Positions 17,137 through 27,530 of a DNA stretch of 64,000 nt are shown here, piece by piece. A program made the position numbers and the translations under genes. Position 1 is the stretch's first letter, and each line of letters starts with the position of its first letter. Under the pieces are notes generated by a model that searched no databases, was not told the DNA's origin, and saw nothing but the letters and a program-made list of their open reading frames with translations. The stretch is taken from NCBI GenBank assembly GCA_001821055.1, contig MHRT01000004.1, positions 5,548 through 69,547 on the forward strand, given 5' to 3'. Source of the stretch: Candidatus Taylorbacteria bacterium RIFCSPHIGHO2_12_FULL_45_16. GTDB taxonomy: Bacteria; Patescibacteriota; Minisyncoccia; Phycocordibacterales; PALSA-1337.

Positions 17137-18378
17137 TTAGGCGACCTTCTCCACAATCTCTTTTCCTCTCTCATTAAAAACTCCATACGTTTCGATGATT
17201 CCACGCGCGCTCTGAATTCTGACCAGATCTTCATTGAGGTCGGTATTCGGATAAATAGCTAGATTATAACCAAGCGATTCGAGCGCTGTAATCTTTTCCG
17301 CTGGAACAACCTTTGATGTTTTCGTTACCCGCTGAACAATCTGCGCACCATCATTTATGGGGATGAGTGGCTGATCGATTTTTTCACCTAACAGGGCTTT
17401 TAGGTGTGCCTCAAAAGTGGTAATACCACATAACCTAGTGGCGACTCTGCTAATTTGACCTTGAATTCTATTTTCATTTTGCAAATGTGATTCAAAACTG
17501 GCTGAAGCCGGCTGGCGGGCGTTTATTTCTATGAGATAAATCGTGCCGGTTTTGTCGTCTTGGATAACATCAACGCCATACAAACCGCGCCAGCCGGCGA
17601 TGTTTAGTTTCTTGCCTATGTCGCTGGTCATGGTTTCGATAAATTCAACCTCGGTCTCATTGAGGAGATTGTGCGTGACTCCCCAGTCGTTGCCCACGGT
17701 ACTAAATGGATTGTCGGTAAACGGAGCGACGCCAGTTATTTGGTAACTTATATTTCCCACGAGAATTTTATCCGCGGCGACAATAGCGTTTACGGTGAAC
17801 GAAGGCCCGTGGATATGAATAGTGCGGCGAGTTACCCGATAGGGAAATTTTTCTTGAATGGTTTTGAGCTCGGTTTCGGAACTGATGAGGAATGTGCCGC
17901 CACCCGTATGGCCGTGGGCCCACTGGATGATAAATGGTTCACCGGTCCAAGTCAGATTTTTGGCAGGCATGATGATATGGTGTGGCAGATATTTCCGACC
18001 CAATTCACCCAACCATTCTATCTGGCTCATTTTGTTTTCAACCGTTTCGGATAATTGCGCTTTCGGATTTAGAAGTCGTAGGCCACTTTTGGCGGCTGCT
18101 TCCTCAACGCGGGCGGTATTTTTGAAGACCAGAACATCACTCTTTTGGGCGGCTAGCTTCTCTTTGACCACGGGATGATCCATGAGCTCACTGGTGCCAA
18201 GGACACCGTCTTCGGGAGTGCCATTGACCAAAATTACGCTGTCTTCTGGGCATCGCGAGGCATATTTTTCCGAATAAGGCGTCTTGTTGGCCACGACGAC
18301 ATATTCGCCCGAAGGTTCCATGCCAATAGCGCGCTCAAGGTCGCGAGTTATGTAAGTGATTGGTCGGGGGAGTTTCAT
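17137..18378 (-). CDS. ATP-grasp domain ligase
   Basis: ENKMSQ, GHTGGGT, GLYGVDVI, IYLIEINAR. Confidence 0.8.
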   Translation of the reverse strand: MKLPRPITYITRDLERAIGMEPSGEYVVVANKTPYSEKYASRCPEDSVILVNGTPEDGVLGTSELMDHPVVKEKLAAQKSDVLVFKNTARVEEAAAKSGLRLLNPKAQLSETVENKMSQIEWLGELGRKYLPHHIIMPAKNLTWTGEPFIIQWAHGHTGGGTFLISSETELKTIQEKFPYRVTRRTIHIHGPSFTVNAIVAADKILVGNISYQITGVAPFTDNPFSTVGNDWGVTHNLLNETEVEFIETMTSDIGKKLNIAGWRGLYGVDVIQDDKTGTIYLIEINARQPASASFESHLQNENRIQGQISRVATRLCGITTFEAHLKALLGEKIDQPLIPINDGAQIVQRVTKTSKVVPAEKITALESLGYNLAIYPNTDLNEDLVRIQSARGIIETYGVFNERGKEIVEKVA

Positions 18379-18522
18379 TGTTTCAATCTAGCAGAAAAGT
18401 AAAGATTGTTCTAATTGACCGAAGGATAAAAAGATGATCAAGTTTTCAATGACCAACGACAGACTTAATTTATTTGAGATTTGATCATTGGAAACTTGCA
18501 CCATCTGTGTTATGGTGCTCGC

Positions 18523-19236
18523 ATGTCTACTCTCTCCATTATCGCCACCCCTATCGGTAATCTCGAAGACATCACTCTTCGCGCTCTCAAAGCCTTGGCC
18601 ACGGCTGATATTATTCTTTGTGAAGACACGCGAGTGACGAAAAAGTTGCTTGACCGGCATGGCATCAAAAAACAGACTTTGTCATATCACGCCCATAGCA
18701 AACTTTCACGTGTCTGGGAAATCGTTGATTATCTGAAGAAAGGGAGAAATCTAGCGCTGGTGTCTGACGCTGGTACGCCGGGCATCTCCGATCCAGGTTC
18801 GGAGTTGGTCAAGAAAATTCGTCAGGAATTGGAAAATGAAATCAGGACGGGCAAAGTAAAAATTGAAACAATTCCCGGACCCTCTGCTTTGACTTCGGCG
18901 CTTTCTGTCGCCGGCGTGCCCTGCGCCGACTTTACTTTTTTGGGATTTTTGCCACACAAGAAAGGCCGAGAAACATTGTTCAAAGAAATTTCCCAATCGG
19001 TCCGAACCGTGGTTTTCTACGAATCGCCGCATCGAATCGTGAAAACCTTGGAAAGTCTGGAGGAACATTTGAATGGTAATACGGATGATGCCTCGCCACA
19101 GATAGTTACCATTTGCCGCGAATTGACCAAAATTTTTGAAGAAGTGGTCCAGGGAACCGCCAAGGAAGTAAAGAATTATTTTGAGGAACATCCGGATAAA
19201 GTCAGGGGAGAATTTGTGGTGATAGTTTCGGGGTAA
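18523..19236 (+). CDS. rsmI: 16S rRNA C1402 2'-O-methyltransferase
   Basis: ATPIGNLEDITLRAL, CEDTRVT, LVSDAGTPGISDPG, YESPHR, RELTKIFEE. Confidence 0.97.
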   Translation: MSTLSIIATPIGNLEDITLRALKALATADIILCEDTRVTKKLLDRHGIKKQTLSYHAHSKLSRVWEIVDYLKKGRNLALVSDAGTPGISDPGSELVKKIRQELENEIRTGKVKIETIPGPSALTSALSVAGVPCADFTFLGFLPHKKGRETLFKEISQSVRTVVFYESPHRIVKTLESLEEHLNGNTDDASPQIVTICRELTKIFEEVVQGTAKEVKNYFEEHPDKVRGEFVVIVSG

Positions 19237-19346
19237 AAATGTTTATTAACCTAGATTAATCTGAATAATTTGAGTTGGGATAGATTTTAAGGAAAATAAA
19301 TGTAATAAAAAAAGACCGCACAGCGTTTGGAAGACTGGCGGCTGCA

Positions 19347-19766
19347 CTATTTGATTCCAAGGATTTTCTCTACAGCTTTGACATCTTGTGGTCTCTTAGA
19401 AATCACGGCGATTTCTTCGATCCGATCGTTGGCGACGATAACCAGGACCTGCTCCTCGTTTTTCAAGAGTTTGGGTTCTTTGATCTGAAACGGCAATTCG
19501 TCGGTTCTCAACGGGCTCTCGATTTGATCGGCGGACACAAGAATAACTTGTCCCGGATCTTCTGGTCTGGACCGACAAGTCAGACTGGTCTTGACCAACC
19601 TTTGAAATGGGTCAATCCTCAAGAGACATTTACCGCTTTCGATTTTCGCCGTTTTCAATAGTCCAACATACCAACCAGTGTTCTGGTGGTAAAGTCTCAC
19701 GGCTCCACCGAAAAGAAAACCACGAAAATTTTCCGAAGAAAGATCTACTAGATTGACAGTATCCAC
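19347..19766 (-). CDS. Hypothetical protein
   Basis: 139-aa ORF with GTG start occupying an otherwise empty interval. Confidence 0.55.
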   Translation of the reverse strand: MDTVNLVDLSSENFRGFLFGGAVRLYHQNTGWYVGLLKTAKIESGKCLLRIDPFQRLVKTSLTCRSRPEDPGQVILVSADQIESPLRTDELPFQIKEPKLLKNEEQVLVIVANDRIEEIAVISKRPQDVKAVEKILGIK

Positions 19767-19849
19767 GGGGACACCCCCCCTTTCTCAATTATCTGTTCAT
19801 AAAACAGATATTCTAGCTTTATCATACCATTTTGCGCTATAATGGCCAC

Positions 19850-20164
19850 ATGTCAAAAAGACAATTTCTGATAATCTTGGGAGTTTGGGTCATGGTATTT
19901 CTGTTTCTCGGCTTTCCGACAACATGGGATAAAGTGTTGTCGTTAGTGACGGGAGTGTTGATTATCGTCGTCGCGTCAAAATTTAAGCCAGCTACGCGTG
20001 AAATTTTGCCCGAACACTTGTCGTATATTGAACACAAATCCGTGAAGCCAATCGAATCCGTCGCAAAGCCAATCGATTCTTCAAAACAACAGACCACAAT
20101 AACTTCGCCGACGCTGGCAAATCCAACCGGAACCATTACCAGTACTGACGCCATGGCTTCATGA
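19850..20164 (+). CDS. Small two-TM membrane protein
   Basis: MSKRQFLIILGVWV..LFLGFP..W hydrophobic hairpin; TATAAT 6 nt upstream. Confidence 0.65.
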   Translation: MSKRQFLIILGVWVMVFLFLGFPTTWDKVLSLVTGVLIIVVASKFKPATREILPEHLSYIEHKSVKPIESVAKPIDSSKQQTTITSPTLANPTGTITSTDAMAS

Positions 20165-21453
20165 GGGATTTTTGGCGCGAGTCTGGAGCCACCAGCACGA
20201 TGACGATAATCATCGGCGCGTTTTTAATCGTTGTTGCGGTTTTTTTGATTATCTGGTTTTTGCCGATGGGTTCTATTTCCTATTCAATGATTGAATTGGA
20301 AAATACGGCTTCTGCCATGGATGGGACGACGACCGCCGTAAATGCTTCAACCACACTTGTCACTATCGCGTCTTCCACGTCACCAGCGTTTGTCATCACG
20401 CATATTCCCACGCCAGCGCCGCTCAAAGGTCTATACATGACCAGCTGGGCGGCCGGCAACGACAAATTTCGCGCGCATTTATTTGATCTTGTTGATACCA
20501 CGGAAATCAACGCGGTAGTGATTGATGTCAAAGACTATACGGGTCGCATCAGTTTCATGGTTGAAGATCCGGAACTGGCGCGGATCGGCGCGGCGCAGAC
20601 GCGCATCCTCGATATCAAGGAATTTATCGGTAAGCTTCACGAAAAGGGCGTGTATGTGATTGCGCGCATTTCAGTCTTCCAAGATTCATATTTGATAAAT
20701 GTCTATCCCGAATGGGCGGTCAAGACCAGGGCGGGAGAAGTTTGGAAGGATTACAAAGGCGTCAAGTGGCTTGATCCGGCGGCCAAGCCAGTCTGGGAAT
20801 ATGTTGCTCGGATTGGACGTGAGGCCCACAAGGTCGGTTTTGACGAATTAAATTTTGATTACATTCGTTTTCCGTCTGACGGGAATCTAGAGGATATTTC
20901 ATATACTTGGGGAGAAGGTCGTGGGCGTGTGGAGATTGTCAAAGATTTTTATTCATTTATTCATGAACAGTTTTCAGGTTCAGGCATCCCGACTTCGGCG
21001 GACATATTCGGTTTGACGACGAGCGCGGAAGGCGATTTGGGCATCGGTCAGATACTGGAATTCGCCCTGGAATCTTTCGATTATGTGGCGCCGATGGTCT
21101 ACCCATCGCATTTTGGTGCGGGTTTTAGTGGCTATGCGAAACCAGCTCAATATCCATACGAGATTGTCCAATTGTCAATGAATAATGCTATTCGCAAAGC
21201 CGAAGCCACGACGACGAATTCATATATGCTTGGATTGGAAATGATCGCCTCGACAAGTCCGCAACTTTACACAAAAAAATCCTACAACATCCAGAAATTG
21301 CGTCCGTGGTTGCAAGCTTTTGATCTTGGGGCGATCTACACACCGGAAATGGTGCGTAAACAAATACAGGCGATTTATGATGTAGGTCTTTCAAGCTGGA
21401 TGTTATGGAATGCCGGTAGTGTGTATGACAGAGAGACGTTGCTGGAAAAATGA
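20161..21453 (+). CDS. Membrane-anchored putative glycoside hydrolase (DUF4015-like)
   Basis: N-terminal TM; KGLYMT, NAVVIDVKD, GFDELNFDYIRFPSDG, PMVYPSH, RPWLQAF. Confidence 0.8.
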   Translation: MRDFWRESGATSTMTIIIGAFLIVVAVFLIIWFLPMGSISYSMIELENTASAMDGTTTAVNASTTLVTIASSTSPAFVITHIPTPAPLKGLYMTSWAAGNDKFRAHLFDLVDTTEINAVVIDVKDYTGRISFMVEDPELARIGAAQTRILDIKEFIGKLHEKGVYVIARISVFQDSYLINVYPEWAVKTRAGEVWKDYKGVKWLDPAAKPVWEYVARIGREAHKVGFDELNFDYIRFPSDGNLEDISYTWGEGRGRVEIVKDFYSFIHEQFSGSGIPTSADIFGLTTSAEGDLGIGQILEFALESFDYVAPMVYPSHFGAGFSGYAKPAQYPYEIVQLSMNNAIRKAEATTTNSYMLGLEMIASTSPQLYTKKSYNIQKLRPWLQAFDLGAIYTPEMVRKQIQAIYDVGLSSWMLWNAGSVYDRETLLEK

Positions 21454-21518
21454 TTGATTGAACTCCTGACATTTTGGCACTGGGATGTGATTTCCCTTAT
21501 GTTATACTATAGTCATAT

Positions 21519-23267
21519 ATGACTCCTGTTCCTACCGACGAAAATCGCATAATCTACTTTGCCGAGACTGATGCTCGCAACAAACGGGTCAAATTTGGCA
21601 TCAAAGCCAAGGACCGCACGAAGCATATCTATGTGATTGGCAAGACCGGCATGGGCAAATCAACTTTGCTGGAAAATATGGCTGTGCAGGATATCCAAAA
21701 TGGTGAAGGTATGGCTTTCATTGATCCGCACGGCAAAACGGCAGATTTACTCCTTGAATATGTCCCAAAAGAAAGGATTCGTGACGTTATTCACATCGCT
21801 CCGTTTGATGTTGACTTTCCCATTTCATTCAATGTGCTTGAAAGCGTTGATCCCACAAAACGACATCTGGTCGTTTCCGGACTGATGAGCACTTTCAAAA
21901 AAATATGGGTTGACGCTTGGTCGGCCCGCATGGAATATATTTTGATTAATACATTACTGGCGCTTCTAGAGGCTCCCAATAGCACATTGCTCGGCGTCAA
22001 CAGGATGCTGTCGGACAAGGAATATCGCAAAGAAATTATCTCGCATGTTCAAGATCCATCAGTCAAGGCATTCTGGACAAAGGAGTTCGCCGGCTATACC
22101 GAACGCCAAGCCGCCGAAGCTGTGCCGGCCATCCAAAACAAAGTCGGTCAATTTACCGCTAACCCGCTTATCCGCAACATGATCGGCCAGCCCATCTCAA
22201 CCTTTGATTTTCGTCAGGCCATGGACAACCGAAAGATCATCATCATCAATCTATCAAAAGGAAGAATCGGCGATGAGAACATGAAACTACTCGGCGGCTT
22301 ATTGGTGACCAAAATATATTTGGCGGCCATGTCGCGTGCCGATGTGCCCGACCGCGTGATGAAGATGTTGCCGAATTTTTATCTTTTCGTGGATGAATTC
22401 CAAAACTTCGCCAACGCCTCATTTGCCGACATTCTTTCCGAGGCCCGAAAATATAAATTAAATCTTACGATCGCGCATCAATATATAGAACAAATGGACG
22501 AGATCGTGAAGCCGGCGGTTTTTGGCAACGTCGGGACGATGATCACTTTCCGCGTCGGAGCGACTGACGCCGAAGCCTTGGAGCAAGAATTCGCCCCTGT
22601 ATTTACGATAGAAGATCTGGTGAATATGGGAGCCTATCAAATCTATTTGAAATTGATGATAGACGGCCTAAGCTCGGCGCCATTTTCTGCCAGGACTCTT
22701 GACGCTATTCCTCATCCGGATACATCGTATGTCCAAGAAATCATCGCGTCATCGCGTGCGCAATTTTCCCATCCGCGCGCGGAAGTCGAGCAGATCATCC
22801 TCAAATTCCATGAGCCGACGGTGCCGGTAAAGAAGGCTATGACGTCTTCGTCGGAGAGCCGTCCACCTGCTTCGTTACCGGTTCAACAAAAGAAAAGTCA
22901 GACCATTCCCGCGCCGGTCCCGCCGGTCGTCAAAGAGCAGATTTCTGTACCAGTCTCCGCACCGATGACAAAACCATCGCCGGTAATGCCCGCACGACCG
23001 ATTCCGATTCCGATTCCAACTCCAACCCAACAGATGAAGCCAGTTTCATTGTCATCGCTGGCACCGAAAACTTCTACGCAAAAACAAGATCCGAAAATTC
23101 CGTCGGCGAGAAATATTAATGATTTGAAAAACGCTTTGGCAGCGGCGTTGAGTAAATCGAAGGTCGAAAATGCAAAAGAACAGACTCAAAAACCGATTGC
23201 GGATATCTCCACGAAACCACCCGAAGTCCCGGAAGAAGTGCTCGAGAAGGTGTTGAAAGTTGACTAA
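21519..23267 (+). CDS. TrwB/TraD/HerA-like (VirD4-type) ATPase with Pro-rich tail
   Basis: HIYVIGKTGMGKST, FIDPHG, LFVDEFQN, SEARKY, AHQY. Confidence 0.85.
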   Translation: MTPVPTDENRIIYFAETDARNKRVKFGIKAKDRTKHIYVIGKTGMGKSTLLENMAVQDIQNGEGMAFIDPHGKTADLLLEYVPKERIRDVIHIAPFDVDFPISFNVLESVDPTKRHLVVSGLMSTFKKIWVDAWSARMEYILINTLLALLEAPNSTLLGVNRMLSDKEYRKEIISHVQDPSVKAFWTKEFAGYTERQAAEAVPAIQNKVGQFTANPLIRNMIGQPISTFDFRQAMDNRKIIIINLSKGRIGDENMKLLGGLLVTKIYLAAMSRADVPDRVMKMLPNFYLFVDEFQNFANASFADILSEARKYKLNLTIAHQYIEQMDEIVKPAVFGNVGTMITFRVGATDAEALEQEFAPVFTIEDLVNMGAYQIYLKLMIDGLSSAPFSARTLDAIPHPDTSYVQEIIASSRAQFSHPRAEVEQIILKFHEPTVPVKKAMTSSSESRPPASLPVQQKKSQTIPAPVPPVVKEQISVPVSAPMTKPSPVMPARPIPIPIPTPTQQMKPVSLSSLAPKTSTQKQDPKIPSARNINDLKNALAAALSKSKVENAKEQTQKPIADISTKPPEVPEEVLEKVLKVD

Positions 23268-23356
23268 AGATAAGCTGATAACTAGTATACTGGTAACTGG
23301 CTGACTGGTTTCCGGTTGTCGGTTTATGAATTATGACTACATTACCACAGACAAAT

Positions 23357-24571
23357 ATGAACACTCCCCGCCGTGTTTTGATATTCTCGTTGGTATATTA
23401 TCCGGATTTTGTTGGCGGAGCGGAAGTGGCTGTCAAAGAAGTAACCGATCGGACGTCTCCGGAAGAGATTGAATTTGACATGATAACTCTGCGTTTTGAC
23501 TCACATCTGCCCAAATTTGAGCGAGTTGGTAATGTGAATGTGCATCGAATCGGTTGGACCGCGAATCAAAAAGTCTATTCCGATTCGTTGCCGTGGCATT
23601 TGCACCTCAACAAATACGCGTACTTGCTGATTGGTTTTTGTAAAGCCGTGTCGCTGTATCGAACGCGAAAATATGACACGATTTGGTCGTTAATGGCCAC
23701 CTATAATTCCTTTGCCGCACTTTTCTTTAAACTGGTTTATCCAAAGATTCCGTTTATCCTCACTCTCCAAGACGGAGATCCTATCGCCTACCTCAAACGC
23801 CGGGCTTTGCCCTTGTATCCGATTTTCAAGATGATATTTACCCGTGCCGATCGTATCCAGGTGATTTCAAAATATCTGGCCGATTGGGCTAAAGAAATGG
23901 GAGCGAAATGTCCGATTATCGTCGTGCCGAACGCCGTTGATTATGGGCTTTTTTCTGGAAGCCTTTCCATAGGAGAAACTTCTGAGCTCAAGCGCAAGTT
24001 GGACAAAAAAGATGGGGATATTTTTCTGATTACCACTTCGCGCTTGGTTACCAAAAACGCGGTCGGGGACATCATTTCCGCCATGATATATTTGCCCAAC
24101 AATGTAAAATTACTTGTTCTTGGCCAAGGATATCAAGAGGCTGATCTCAAGGACCAAAGCGCGCGGCTAAAACTCGCCAATCAGGCGGAGGCTGAAGATA
24201 GAGTAAAGTTTCTGGGATATATTTCGCACAAAGACATGCCACCGTATCTCCACATTTCCGACATTTTTGTCAGACCGTCTCTGTCCGAAGGTTTGGGGAA
24301 TTCATTTCTGGAAGCCATGGCTGCGGGCATTCCGGTCATTGCCACGCCTGTTGGAGGAATCCCGGATTTCCTAGTGGATGGGGAGACTGGACTTTTCTGC
24401 GAAGTCAACAATCCGCATAGCATCGCCCAGAAAGTCGAGAAGCTGATCAAGGACAGGGAATCACGAGATTACATCATCAAGAATGCCCGGGAGATGGTTC
24501 TGCAAAAATATAGCTGGGAGCGAGTGGCTGGGGAGATGAGGGAGGTGCTTACAGGTCTTCAAAAGGGTTAA
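23357..24571 (+). CDS. GT4 glycosyltransferase
   Basis: GGAEVA; RPSLSEGLGNSFLEAMAAG. Confidence 0.92.
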   Translation: MNTPRRVLIFSLVYYPDFVGGAEVAVKEVTDRTSPEEIEFDMITLRFDSHLPKFERVGNVNVHRIGWTANQKVYSDSLPWHLHLNKYAYLLIGFCKAVSLYRTRKYDTIWSLMATYNSFAALFFKLVYPKIPFILTLQDGDPIAYLKRRALPLYPIFKMIFTRADRIQVISKYLADWAKEMGAKCPIIVVPNAVDYGLFSGSLSIGETSELKRKLDKKDGDIFLITTSRLVTKNAVGDIISAMIYLPNNVKLLVLGQGYQEADLKDQSARLKLANQAEAEDRVKFLGYISHKDMPPYLHISDIFVRPSLSEGLGNSFLEAMAAGIPVIATPVGGIPDFLVDGETGLFCEVNNPHSIAQKVEKLIKDRESRDYIIKNAREMVLQKYSWERVAGEMREVLTGLQKG

Positions 24572-24622
24572 ATTTTTGGTATTTTGACTTATTCAATTTA
24601 TACGTTATGATTTTTTAAGACT

Positions 24623-25414
24623 ATGAAAGACAATTATTACAACTTCATCCTTCCGCTTGTTCGTGATTCCGGCGGCATCCTCTTGGAGTATTTTGGCACG
24701 AACATTAAAACTTCACACAAAGGTGAAGATTTAAGGGACATTGTCACTGACGCAGATATCAAAGTCAGTCGTTTCATTGAGCGGACAATCAGGGCATCAT
24801 ATCCTGATGATCAGATCTACTCGGAGGAACGGGTTGCAGGCACTAAACCAATTGACACCACTCGGGCATATTGGACCATTGATCCGATAGATGGCACGTC
24901 CAATTTTTCGAGGAACATTTCTCATTTCGCGGTTTGCATCGGATATGTCGAATCAAACCATCCATCAGTCGGCGCCATATACAATCCGATCACCAGAGAG
25001 CTTTTTAGTTTTGAACGGGGAAAGGGAGCTTTTCTGAATAGGGCAAAAATTTCGGTTCTGCCGACCAGAACACTTGCCGATGCCAATGTACTTTTGCATA
25101 TCGGCCGGCGTCCCGAGCTTGCCGAATGGGGTCTTGCCTTGCAACGCCTGCTCCTTACCTCCGCCAAGAAGAATCTTAACCTTGGTTCGTCAGCTTTGGA
25201 TATTTGTTTCGTTGCCGCCGGCCGTGCCGATGCTTCCATATATGGCACGCTGACTACGAGGGATATATCTCCGGCACTAGGAATATTGAGAGAGGCCGGA
25301 GGAGAGATTTATACCGCTGAAGGTAAGCCTGCTGAATTGAGCGACTCACCGCAGAAAGTTTTTTCGTGCGCTACATCGGAATTGTATCGAGATATAGTTG
25401 CCAAATCGAAATGA
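24623..25414 (+). CDS. Inositol monophosphatase family protein
   Basis: DIVTDAD, SEE, WTIDPIDGTSNF, GSSALDICFVAAG. Confidence 0.92.
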   Translation: MKDNYYNFILPLVRDSGGILLEYFGTNIKTSHKGEDLRDIVTDADIKVSRFIERTIRASYPDDQIYSEERVAGTKPIDTTRAYWTIDPIDGTSNFSRNISHFAVCIGYVESNHPSVGAIYNPITRELFSFERGKGAFLNRAKISVLPTRTLADANVLLHIGRRPELAEWGLALQRLLLTSAKKNLNLGSSALDICFVAAGRADASIYGTLTTRDISPALGILREAGGEIYTAEGKPAELSDSPQKVFSCATSELYRDIVAKSK

Positions 25415-25431
25415 CGTAATACAAAAGGTGA

Positions 25432-26535
25432 TCAGGCGGCGGCAAACTCTTGCTGTCGCTCTTTTTCTTCAGGTGATCGCAAACGATTGCGTCCGGCGAG
25501 ATATTCTGGGAGGATTTTTGGGTCTGGCTGAATGTCATTGAGGATTGCCATGAGCATGTCGTGCCAGAATGACAGCCGCAGTTTCGTCAGTTCACGCAGA
25601 TCTCCGTCGGTTTTTTCCAGGGCGGCGGCGTAGTAGTTGAGCAGATACCCGATCTTGTATGCGCGCATGAGGCGCAGGTCGAGGTATTCTTCGGCGCCGC
25701 GATTTTTGCGAATGTAGGCGAGAAGCATGGCTTCGAGCTTCGGATTGTGGATGAACATATAGTTGAGAAAGCGTGCCCACCCTTCATATTTATTGCCGAA
25801 ATGAACCGCCGAGCAGTCAAGCATATATATCGCGTGGTCGCGTACGCGGAAGTTATGGGGTACGAAGTCGGTGTGTGTCAGATAATTCGAGTAGCGCCCG
25901 AGCACCGCGACATTGGACTGGAGCATCTTGAGTGCGTCGACGAGAAACCGAGGATCGGATTTGATTTTAGCGAATGCGGTGCGTGTCTTTTCTGGGAATG
26001 TTTTGAATGATTCCAGATACTTATCAGGGCCGAATATAACGAAATTCTTCTGTATTGTCTTCAGATGCTCGAGAGTGGTGGCATGAAATGATTCTTGTGC
26101 TTCGAAGGCACGGAGAATAAGGAAAAACTGATCTTCAATCGTATGTGCCACAAAAACTTTATCTTGGGGTATATACTCGGTAATCCAGATCATGTATCCG
26201 CCCTTGGTTCCGTGGTATATCTCCACCGGGAAAAGGATGTATTCCGACGCAAACTCGATTGACATGAGCGTGTCGCGGGCGGTCTTCTCGGTGATGATTT
26301 CTTTCTGGCCATCCGGATGATTGCTGGTTTTGACGATGACTTTCATGCCGTCCTTCATTCGAGTGGCGGCTAGAACGAGCTTGTTGCGAGTCATCAGGTA
26401 TCTCTCGCCACTCAAGTGAGGCTGGTGCTCGCTGAGCTCATATCCGATTGGTTTGAGAAGGGCGGATATGGCGGAGAGTTGTGTAGCGACATATTCCTTC
26501 CATCTTTCTTCAGGTAGCGTTGATTTCATCGTCAT
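25432..26535 (-). CDS. APH/choline-kinase-like phosphotransferase
   Basis: VIVK, LTHTDFVPHNF, YMLD catalytic motifs. Confidence 0.7.
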   Translation of the reverse strand: MTMKSTLPEERWKEYVATQLSAISALLKPIGYELSEHQPHLSGERYLMTRNKLVLAATRMKDGMKVIVKTSNHPDGQKEIITEKTARDTLMSIEFASEYILFPVEIYHGTKGGYMIWITEYIPQDKVFVAHTIEDQFFLILRAFEAQESFHATTLEHLKTIQKNFVIFGPDKYLESFKTFPEKTRTAFAKIKSDPRFLVDALKMLQSNVAVLGRYSNYLTHTDFVPHNFRVRDHAIYMLDCSAVHFGNKYEGWARFLNYMFIHNPKLEAMLLAYIRKNRGAEEYLDLRLMRAYKIGYLLNYYAAALEKTDGDLRELTKLRLSFWHDMLMAILNDIQPDPKILPEYLAGRNRLRSPEEKERQQEFAAA

Positions 26536-26570
26536 TTTATCCTATAGTAGATGATGTCTTTTCGCAATCC

Positions 26571-27530
26571 ATGGAAACCGTACTCATAACCGGTGGTGCA
26601 GGATTCATCGGGTCTCATGTGGTCCGCAGGCTTATCGACGGCGGGTATCGTGTAGTATGTGTCGATAATTTTAACACTATATATAATCCCGCTTTCAAAG
26701 AGCAGAATGTCGCACCTTTCTTGTCTTTGAAGTCATTCCGACTTGAACGTGCCGATATTCGCGATAAAGCCGCGCTCAAGATGACCTTCGAGAAGGAGAA
26801 TCCTGCATACATTGTTCATCTCGCTGCTCTTGGCGATACGCGAAATGCTGTCGATAATCCTGGTGAGTACGTTGATGTGAATATCAACGGTACGCTCAAT
26901 TTGCTCGAACTCACGCGTGAGTACAAGGTCAAGAATATAGTCATGGCCTCGTCCTCTTCTGTCTATGGGAATACTCCTCGTTTCCCGTGGGTCGAGTCTG
27001 AAACTGCCGACACGCCCCTTTCACCGTACGGCGCGACCAAACGAGCCGCGGAATTATTCGCTTACACATACCATCACAATTTTGGCCTGAATATAACCTG
27101 CCTCCGTTTTTTCAACGCCTATGGCGAGAACAATCGACCGGGAATGGTTCCATATGTTTGGACCGAGGCTTTGCTCAAGGGTAAGGAGATTGAGATATCA
27201 GGCGATGGATCCCGCAAGCGCGACTATACATATGTTGGAGATGTGGCTGATGCGACTATTCTGGCCATGAATAAACCACTGGGCTATGAAGTATTAAATA
27301 TCGGCAATAACAAGCCGGTGTCATTGCTTGAATTGCTCGCGGTCCTCGAAAAGGCGACTGGTAAAAGTTCGACACGCCGGATGCGTCCGAGCCACTCGGC
27401 GAGCGTGGAGATAACATGCGCGGATATTTCAAAGGCGAAAAGATTGCTCGGCTGGGAGCCGAAGGTTCCCATCGAAGAAGGCATACGCCGCCTAATTGCG
27501 TGGTTTCGCGAGAACAGACTCGAAGATTGA
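26571..27530 (+). CDS. NAD-dependent nucleotide-sugar epimerase (UDP-glucuronate 4-epimerase-like)
   Basis: LITGGAGFIG, ASSSSVYG, SPYGATK, LRFFNAYG. Confidence 0.92.
   Translation: METVLITGGAGFIGSHVVRRLIDGGYRVVCVDNFNTIYNPAFKEQNVAPFLSLKSFRLERADIRDKAALKMTFEKENPAYIVHLAALGDTRNAVDNPGEYVDVNINGTLNLLELTREYKVKNIVMASSSSVYGNTPRFPWVESETADTPLSPYGATKRAAELFAYTYHHNFGLNITCLRFFNAYGENNRPGMVPYVWTEALLKGKEIEISGDGSRKRDYTYVGDVADATILAMNKPLGYEVLNIGNNKPVSLLELLAVLEKATGKSSTRRMRPSHSASVEITCADISKAKRLLGWEPKVPIEEGIRRLIAWFRENRLED

Noticed and set aside
20045-20080. Short tandem repeat encoding KPIES/KPIDS
   Set aside because: Two in-frame copies in a low-complexity tail; unremarkable
21519-23267. Coupling-protein-like ATPase as evidence for a conjugative element
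   Set aside because: No relaxase, VirB genes or integrase nearby; such ATPases are commonly chromosomal in CPR
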